From Dehalococcoidales bacterium (GTDB lineage: Bacteria > Chloroflexota > Dehalococcoidia > Dehalococcoidales > Fen-1064), in contig DATKWT010000058.1 in NCBI GenBank assembly GCA_035529395.1, positions 1-56,399 on the forward strand: a DNA stretch of 56,399 nt, given 5' to 3'. The position numbers were made by a program, and so were the translations under genes. The notes under the pieces are model-generated. The model was not told where the DNA came from and did not search any database. It saw only the letters and a program-made list of their open reading frames with translations. This document shows, in pieces, positions 51,063 to 56,399 of this stretch; position 1 is the stretch's first letter; the number at the start of each line of letters is the position of its first letter.

Positions 51063-51899
51063 ATGACAGAGCAGCCAAGATTCTTCCAGATTGAGAAGGA
51101 CGGACCGGTCATTATTTGGAGATTCGACAACCCGCCCAAGAATCTCTGGACCACAGAGACCGGAATGGAGTTCGCCAATCTTGAAAGCGAGTTCTATGCT
51201 GACCCGGACCTCAGAGTGGGCATCTTCACAAGTGCCATGCCGGACGTCTTTATCCAGCACTTCGATGTATTGATACTGGTCAATATGGGAGAGAACCTTG
51301 CCAAGCAGGCAGCACAGGCACCGCCTCCACAGCGCCGCATCGGCTTCCGGCGCGACTCCAAGCCAATCATCGCGGCAATCAATGCCAATTTGGCCGGCGG
51401 CGGCCTGGAGCGGGTGATGAGCTTCGATTTCCGCTTCATGTCACGTACTGCCCGGGCGGCCCAGGGTGAGGTTAACGTCGGCATCCTGCCCGGTGGTGGC
51501 GGGACACAGCGTATGCCACGCCTTATCGGCATCGCCAAGTCGCTGGAGCTACAACTGCTGGGCAGAGCCGTCTTTGCTGACGAAGCGGAGCGTATCGGTC
51601 TTATCACCAGGGCCTGCGACCCGGAGAGGTTGATGCCGGAGGCGCTTGCTTTCGCCAGGGAGCTTGCAACGCGACCGCCACTGGCCGTTCACCATATCCG
51701 GCAGTGTATCTTCGAAGGTATAGATATGCCCCTGGAAGACGGTCTTGCTATGGAATCAGAGCTCTTCCGTGAACTACTCCAGAGTGGCGAGGCCATGGAG
51801 AGAATGCGTGCCTATGTGGCCACAGGACAGAATGCACGGCGTATTCTGGACGAAGAGGAAGACACCGACCAGGATAAGAACAGCCAGGCGCAGTCCTGA
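51063..51899 (+). CDS. Enoyl-CoA hydratase/isomerase (crotonase) family protein
   Basis: Crotonase-fold pattern (IIAAINANLAGGGLE..., GILPGGGGTQRMPRLIG). An AAGGAG SD is present. Confidence 0.8.
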   Translation: MTEQPRFFQIEKDGPVIIWRFDNPPKNLWTTETGMEFANLESEFYADPDLRVGIFTSAMPDVFIQHFDVLILVNMGENLAKQAAQAPPPQRRIGFRRDSKPIIAAINANLAGGGLERVMSFDFRFMSRTARAAQGEVNVGILPGGGGTQRMPRLIGIAKSLELQLLGRAVFADEAERIGLITRACDPERLMPEALAFARELATRPPLAVHHIRQCIFEGIDMPLEDGLAMESELFRELLQSGEAMERMRAYVATGQNARRILDEEEDTDQDKNSQAQS

Positions 51900-51926
51900 C
51901 TGATAAAAAGGGGGAAATAGATACTG

Positions 51927-52832
51927 ATGGATGAAGTCAAGAAGGTATGCGTTCTCGGAGCCGGTACCATGGGCGGGCGTATTTCCCTGATGTCTGCCGT
52001 ACGCGGCGGCTATGAGGTGACCGTCTACGATATCTCCGAAGAAGCGTTGCAGAATTGTCCGGACCGGCAGAGACAGATGGGGGCAATGATGATTGCCGCC
52101 GGCGCGGTGAACCAGGAGGAGCTTGATGCCGGAATGGCCCGCATCAGCTACACCACCAACCCCGTCGAAGCAGCCGGGAATGCGGATATCCTCAGCGAGT
52201 CCGTTGCTGAATTGGTGGAGGTTAAACGCCAGACACACGCCCGGTTCGACAAGCTCTGTCCTTCCCGCACCATCATGACCACCAACACTTCCAGTCTACT
52301 GGTCTCGGACATCGAAGGTGCCGTCTCACGTGGTGATAGGTTTGCCGCAATGCACTTCCACGGCGGGCTGGGGTCACTGGTGGACATCATGCGGGGACCT
52401 CGGACCTCGGATGAGACCGTGGAGTTCCTGAAGCGGTTCGCGCGCAGCATCGGGGAAGTGCCCATGGTCATGAAGAAGGAAAAGGGCGGCTACCTGTTCA
52501 ACACCATGCTCGGTGGTCTTCTGCGTACCGCGCTCATCCTGGCAGCCGGAGGTTACGGCGACCCACATGATATCGACCGGGCATATATGATGGTCACGGG
52601 ACAACCCGCCGGACCCTTTGCCATGATGGACGGCGTCGGCCTGAACATCGTCCTCGAGGCCGGTCAGGGCCTGACAAGTAATGATACCGAAGTTACCCAG
52701 GAGCAGATGATGGCCTTCATCCTCCCCTATGTTGAGCGCGGTGAACTGGGCATGAAAACCGGGAAGGGGTTCTACACGTACCCCAATCCCGCCTTCCAGC
52801 AGCCGGATTTCCTCACCGGGGAGAACGACTAG
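51927..52832 (+). CDS. 3-hydroxyacyl-CoA dehydrogenase (NAD-binding)
   Basis: Contains the VCVLGAGTMGGRIS Rossmann motif. The HADH N- and C-terminal domain pattern is present (NTSSLL, HFHGG..., GFYTY). Confidence 0.8.
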   Translation: MDEVKKVCVLGAGTMGGRISLMSAVRGGYEVTVYDISEEALQNCPDRQRQMGAMMIAAGAVNQEELDAGMARISYTTNPVEAAGNADILSESVAELVEVKRQTHARFDKLCPSRTIMTTNTSSLLVSDIEGAVSRGDRFAAMHFHGGLGSLVDIMRGPRTSDETVEFLKRFARSIGEVPMVMKKEKGGYLFNTMLGGLLRTALILAAGGYGDPHDIDRAYMMVTGQPAGPFAMMDGVGLNIVLEAGQGLTSNDTEVTQEQMMAFILPYVERGELGMKTGKGFYTYPNPAFQQPDFLTGEND

Positions 52833-52868
52833 GCGTTAGTACTGCCTGAAGGGCGAAAGGAGCAAGAT

Positions 52869-53372
52869 ATGCCAAGCAAAGTATCACCGTTGGTACACAT
52901 CGAGATAGCTGTCCGTGACGCTGAAGAAGCCTACCAGTTCCTCAAGCGGGTCTTCGGCGCGGAAAAGACCCAGCTCAAGTTCGCCGGCATGTTGGACGGT
53001 CCCGGCGCACATGTTGTTCACGTAGAGCTGGGTGGGGTCGTGCTCCAGTTCATCGAACCCCGGATGGAGGGAACTCTCTGGTCGGACTTCCTCAAGGAGA
53101 AGGGCCCGGGTGTGCACAACCTTACTTTCACCGTGGAGAACATGGACGAGACGGTGAGCGCCCTGGAAAAGGAGGGTGCCCCTGTACTGCTCAAGTTCCC
53201 CCTGGACTGGTCCTATATGACAGAAATCATGCCTCCCGGTGTCAGTGTCAAGGAGAACCAGGCCCCGGTGCACATGATTGACACCATGGAGAAGGTCGGA
53301 TTCAGGCTCGAACTAGGTGAAGCAACCGTTGGAGAAGATGGTTCTCTGCCGGACCTGAAAGACATCAAGTAG
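52869..53372 (+). CDS. VOC (glyoxalase/bleomycin-resistance/dioxygenase) family protein, methylmalonyl-CoA epimerase-like size
   Basis: HIEIAVRDAEEAYQFLKRVFG...GPGVHNLTF shows the VOC beta-alpha-beta-beta-beta modules with His/Glu ligand candidates. Confidence 0.65.
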   Translation: MPSKVSPLVHIEIAVRDAEEAYQFLKRVFGAEKTQLKFAGMLDGPGAHVVHVELGGVVLQFIEPRMEGTLWSDFLKEKGPGVHNLTFTVENMDETVSALEKEGAPVLLKFPLDWSYMTEIMPPGVSVKENQAPVHMIDTMEKVGFRLELGEATVGEDGSLPDLKDIK

Positions 53373-53481
53373 AGTCAGCTACCTATCGGTATTGGTTTGT
53401 AACAGGGTAATTCGGGCGCTATCCTGGCGCCTTTTGTTCTCGGCGCGAAGTAATCACATTCAGGGATATGGAGGTAAACAA

Positions 53482-55425
53482 ATGGCAGACCGGTTTCCGC
53501 TTCTTTTCAGTCCTATCAAGGTAGGTCCCGTCACCATTCCGAACCGTATAGTAGTCCCGGGACACTACCCGGCAATGCGTGACCCGGACATGCTGCCCGG
53601 AGACCGCCTGATAGCCTACTGGGAATCGAAGGCTAAGGGTGGAGTGGGCCTTATCTGCACCGGGGTCTGGGGCGTCCACCGGTCAACCCTGATGGTGCCC
53701 AGCCTCATGCCCAACCACACCGAGAAACTGAAGAGAGCGGCCGACGCGATAAAACAGCACGGCACCCGGTTCTTTGTCCAGCTCTGGCACGGCGGGTCTT
53801 CGTCGGCGTCAGAGCTGGTGGGTAACCAGGCGTGGTCCGCTTCGGCGGTACCTCGTGCCGCCGGCGGTGGCATTCCCCATGAAATGACCAGGGAAGAGAT
53901 AAAGGAAGTCGTCGAGGCCTTTGCCTGGAGTGCGGCCGAAGTGAAGAAAGCAGGGGTCGACGGCGTGGAACTGCATGGTGCCCATGGGTACCTGTTCAAC
54001 CAGTTCATGTCACCGGTGACCAATCACCGCACCGACGAGTACGGTGGCAGCCTCGAGGGGCGGATGAGGTTTACCCTGGAGGTCATCGATGCCGTCCGTG
54101 CCGCTGTTGGCAGTGACTTCGTGGTGGGCATCAGGTTCAATGGAGACGAGTTCAGGCCGGGTGGATACACTATCGAGGACATGAAGGTAATGGCCCCGAT
54201 GATGGCCAACACCGGAAAGTTGGACTACCTGAACGTCAGCACAGGCAGTTACCTGACCATTGCGCCCATGTACTACCCGCTGGGCCACTCCGTTTACCTG
54301 GCAGCGAACATCAAGGAAGTGGTAGACCTGCCCGTCTGCTGTATCGGCCGTATCAATGACCCAACCCAGGCGGAGAAGATACTTGAGGAGCGGCAGGCGG
54401 ACCTTGTGGCAATGAACCGGGCTACGATATGCGACCCCGAGCTTCCGAACAAGGCCCGCGAAGGCAGGGTCGAAGAGATACGCAAGTGTATGTCCTGCTC
54501 CGAAGGCTGCTGGCAGAATGTCCAGCAGAACCGCCATCCACAGGGGATTACGTGCGCCTATAACCCCACTGTGGGCAAGGAGAGTATCCTCGGCTGGCTG
54601 GAGCTGGTACCGGTGACGGAAAAGAAGAAGGTGATGGTCATTGGCGGCGGCCCTGCCGGAATGGAAATGGCCCGCGTAGCCGCGGCGCGCGGCCACGACG
54701 TTTCCCTCTGGGACAAGAGCGATGACCTCGGCGGGCTGACCCTGACCGCTGCCAAAGCGCCCGGACGGGAAGACATCGGGGAACTGGCACGTTATTACCG
54801 GTACCAGATGAATCTGAACAACGTGAATGTACACCTCAACTCCGAGGTGACCGTGGATGCCGTACTCGAACAGGCACCGGATATTGTCGTTATTGCCACC
54901 GGCTCACTACCGTACGTCCCCGACGACATCCCCGGTGTCGACCAGGACAACGTCGTCGATGTCCGGGACGTCCTCAACGACACGGTTGAAGTCGGGCAGA
55001 ACGTGGTTGTCATTGATAACCAGTCGCACATTCAGGGACTCAGTACCGCTGATTATCTGCTCCAACAGGGCAAGAAAGTGGAAGTCGTCTTCCCGGGACA
55101 GTATCCGGGGCCCTCAGTTGAGAATATCACCCGTGCTGTCCTGCTTCAGCGGCTGCTCATGAACGGGGTCACACTAACCCCTAATACCAGGGTCAGAGAG
55201 ATATCTGGTAACAAGGTCACTGTGACCAACATCTACACCGAGGAAGATAGAATCATTGATGGTATTGATACCGTGGTCCTCGCCTTTGGCGGCGTCGAGA
55301 ACAACGGACTGTACTATGCACTCAAGGACAAAGTGAAGAACATCCACGTCATCGGTGACTGCCGGGGCGTTAAAAAGATACTCTGGGCCGTTAATGACGG
55401 CGCTGTCCTGGCAAGGTCGATTTAA
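53482..55425 (+). CDS. Old Yellow Enzyme-family FMN / FeS / FAD-NAD(P) oxidoreductase (2,4-dienoyl-CoA reductase FadH / 2-enoate reductase-like)
   Basis: LFSPIKVGPVTIPNR and ELHGAHGYLFNQF are OYE barrel motifs. CMSCSEGC...C is the 4Fe-4S motif, and VIGGGPAGMEMA is the Rossmann motif. ATG 53482 has a GGAGG SD. The track start at 53392 is over-extended. Confidence 0.85.
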   Translation: MADRFPLLFSPIKVGPVTIPNRIVVPGHYPAMRDPDMLPGDRLIAYWESKAKGGVGLICTGVWGVHRSTLMVPSLMPNHTEKLKRAADAIKQHGTRFFVQLWHGGSSSASELVGNQAWSASAVPRAAGGGIPHEMTREEIKEVVEAFAWSAAEVKKAGVDGVELHGAHGYLFNQFMSPVTNHRTDEYGGSLEGRMRFTLEVIDAVRAAVGSDFVVGIRFNGDEFRPGGYTIEDMKVMAPMMANTGKLDYLNVSTGSYLTIAPMYYPLGHSVYLAANIKEVVDLPVCCIGRINDPTQAEKILEERQADLVAMNRATICDPELPNKAREGRVEEIRKCMSCSEGCWQNVQQNRHPQGITCAYNPTVGKESILGWLELVPVTEKKKVMVIGGGPAGMEMARVAAARGHDVSLWDKSDDLGGLTLTAAKAPGREDIGELARYYRYQMNLNNVNVHLNSEVTVDAVLEQAPDIVVIATGSLPYVPDDIPGVDQDNVVDVRDVLNDTVEVGQNVVVIDNQSHIQGLSTADYLLQQGKKVEVVFPGQYPGPSVENITRAVLLQRLLMNGVTLTPNTRVREISGNKVTVTNIYTEEDRIIDGIDTVVLAFGGVENNGLYYALKDKVKNIHVIGDCRGVKKILWAVNDGAVLARSI

Positions 55426-55433
55426 AAAACGCA

Positions 55434-55465
55434 CCGGACTTCTGTGGTATGCCACAGAAGTCCGG
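55434..55465 (+). terminator. Strong stem-loop terminator after the operon
   Basis: CCGGACTTCTGTGG-TATG-CCACAGAAGTCCGG is a 14-bp perfect stem. The T tail is weak. Confidence 0.65.
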
Positions 55466-55555
55466 CACCTTCTCAAGCTGTAATAATGACATTGTGCAGG
55501 TAGTGGACTCCGTACTGACGGATACGATAGTCTGCCATATTGGGTTACGACGTAT

Positions 55556-55585
55556 TTGGCAGGCGGATGGCAGGTATGCTAGAAT
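55556..55585 (+). promoter_or_regulatory. Promoter predicted to give a leaderless XRE mRNA
   Basis: TTGGCA (55556-55561), an 18-nt spacer, then TGcTAGAAT (TAGAAT at 55580-55585). The ATG at 55592 is 7 nt after the -10, and no SD is present. Confidence 0.45.
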
Positions 55586-55591
55586 ATTGGT

Positions 55592-55960
55592 ATGAGTACC
55601 AACAAAGAGACCACCATAATACCATTCCTGGAGAAACTGATGGCCCGTCGGAGGCGACTGCCCAGTCAGCTAGCCTCCGATATCGGTGTCAGCCACCCAA
55701 CCGTCGGACGCTGGATGTCAGGTGAAGATGTCCCCAGCACAGCTTCATGCCGCAAGCTGGCTGAGTACAGTGGCGTTTCCGTGGAGGAAGTCCTCTCCAT
55801 GTCGGGACACCTGCCAACAATAACCCAGGCACCGACTGCTGAATGGCCGGAGTTCCGTGAGTACGCCAACCGCAAGTATCCCAACGAGCTTGATGAGGAC
55901 ATTATCATCATGATTGAGGACCTCATCGAGCGCCGACGGGATAAACAGCGCGCCCGGTAA
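55592..55960 (+). CDS. XRE-family helix-turn-helix transcriptional regulator
   Basis: LPSQLASDIGVSHPTVGRWMSGEDVPS...LAEYSGVSVEEVL is a classic Cro/C1-type HTH. The protein is 122 aa. Confidence 0.8.
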   Translation: MSTNKETTIIPFLEKLMARRRRLPSQLASDIGVSHPTVGRWMSGEDVPSTASCRKLAEYSGVSVEEVLSMSGHLPTITQAPTAEWPEFREYANRKYPNELDEDIIIMIEDLIERRRDKQRAR

Positions 55961-56087
55961 ACAACCTGAGTGGGAACCATAACCATGGTCCCATCTTTAG
56001 TAGCAACGCCGGGATAACGTACCCAATAATCAGCCGCTGCCGGAGCCGCAATAACGCCATAGCTGTATCCAGCAAGAGGGCGTTATT

Positions 56088-56399
56088 ATGGGCTATTTCA
56101 ACAAGCTCATGGCGGACTATTTCGCTATGTGTATTTTTGAGGCCTGCGCGACGGGTAAATGTGGCCCCACCTTAACGAGCAGGGTCTGTGAGACCAAGCC
56201 GGACTGCTCTCCTGACCACTGCGTACCTTCATCCGCTCATCCTATTTCTTCTTTGCAGGAACTGTCGGCACTTCCAGACTATGGCCCTCCACCGTATTAC
56301 CATCTGTCAGTTCGGCCTATCACAAACGAACAACTGTTACACTTTGGTCCTACCACCACCCGGAGACAATATGCGCCTGTGACGTCTCATGAGAACTGA
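56088..56399 (+). CDS. Hypothetical Cys-rich protein (weak)
   Basis: The 103-codon ORF ends with TGA at the last window base. An AGAGGG SD is present, and a 9-bp hairpin (AATAACGCC...GGCGTTATT) abuts the ATG. No family was recognised and composition is ambiguous. Confidence 0.3.
   Translation: MGYFNKLMADYFAMCIFEACATGKCGPTLTSRVCETKPDCSPDHCVPSSAHPISSLQELSALPDYGPPPYYHLSVRPITNEQLLHFGPTTTRRQYAPVTSHEN

Overview
Gene-dense, moderately GC-rich chromosomal segment with about 50 credible CDS on both strands. I recognised no rRNA, tRNA, CRISPR array, transposase or integrase gene. All protein calls rest on motif and family recognition in the supplied translations, since no database search was possible. 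Start codons were re-evaluated by eye against Shine-Dalgarno (SD) sequences.

The content is dominated by CoA-thioester metabolism:
- two orphan ADP-forming acyl-CoA synthetase alpha-like paralogs
- an AMP-forming acyl-CoA synthetase next to a TRAP transporter
- a MaoC hotdog dehydratase pair
- an SCP-x thiolase with a DUF35 partner
- a family III CoA-transferase with an SDR and an oxalyl-CoA decarboxylase/2-hydroxyacyl-CoA lyase-like ThDP enzyme
- a six-gene operon: GctAB-type CoA-transferase, crotonase, 3-hydroxyacyl-CoA dehydrogenase, VOC protein, and FadH-like OYE reductase

Housekeeping genes (rplY/ctc, plsY, rsgA, ltaE, tatD, fdhD) are interspersed.

Most noteworthy observations:
1. A mycothiol-like MshA/MshB/MshD gene set is joined to a CelD/Fem-type acyltransferase and a glyoxalase-II-like hydrolase, with no MshC in the window.
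2. An AOR-family (tungsto/molybdo-pterin) oxidoreductase is translationally coupled to a Tat-signal, lipobox-bearing 4Fe-4S subunit, beside fdhD. This implies an extracytoplasmic AOR.
3. A family of modular, hairpin-rich REP/MITE-like elements occupies many intergenic regions. It includes two ~275-300 bp direct copies bracketing tatD.
4. A divergent promoter region carries three copies of a 12-bp palindrome placed mirror-symmetrically.
5. A 4 x 19-bp tandem repeat feeds into an apparently leaderless promoter.
6. An orphan promoter-to-terminator unit of about 170 nt contains a 20-codon ORF.

A partial amidase gene at the window start (minus strand, 1..759) is absent from the ORF track because it is open-ended. 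The hairpin repeats and anaerobe-type enzymes suggest an uncultivated anaerobe (possibly Chloroflexota-like), but this cannot be verified from the sequence alone.
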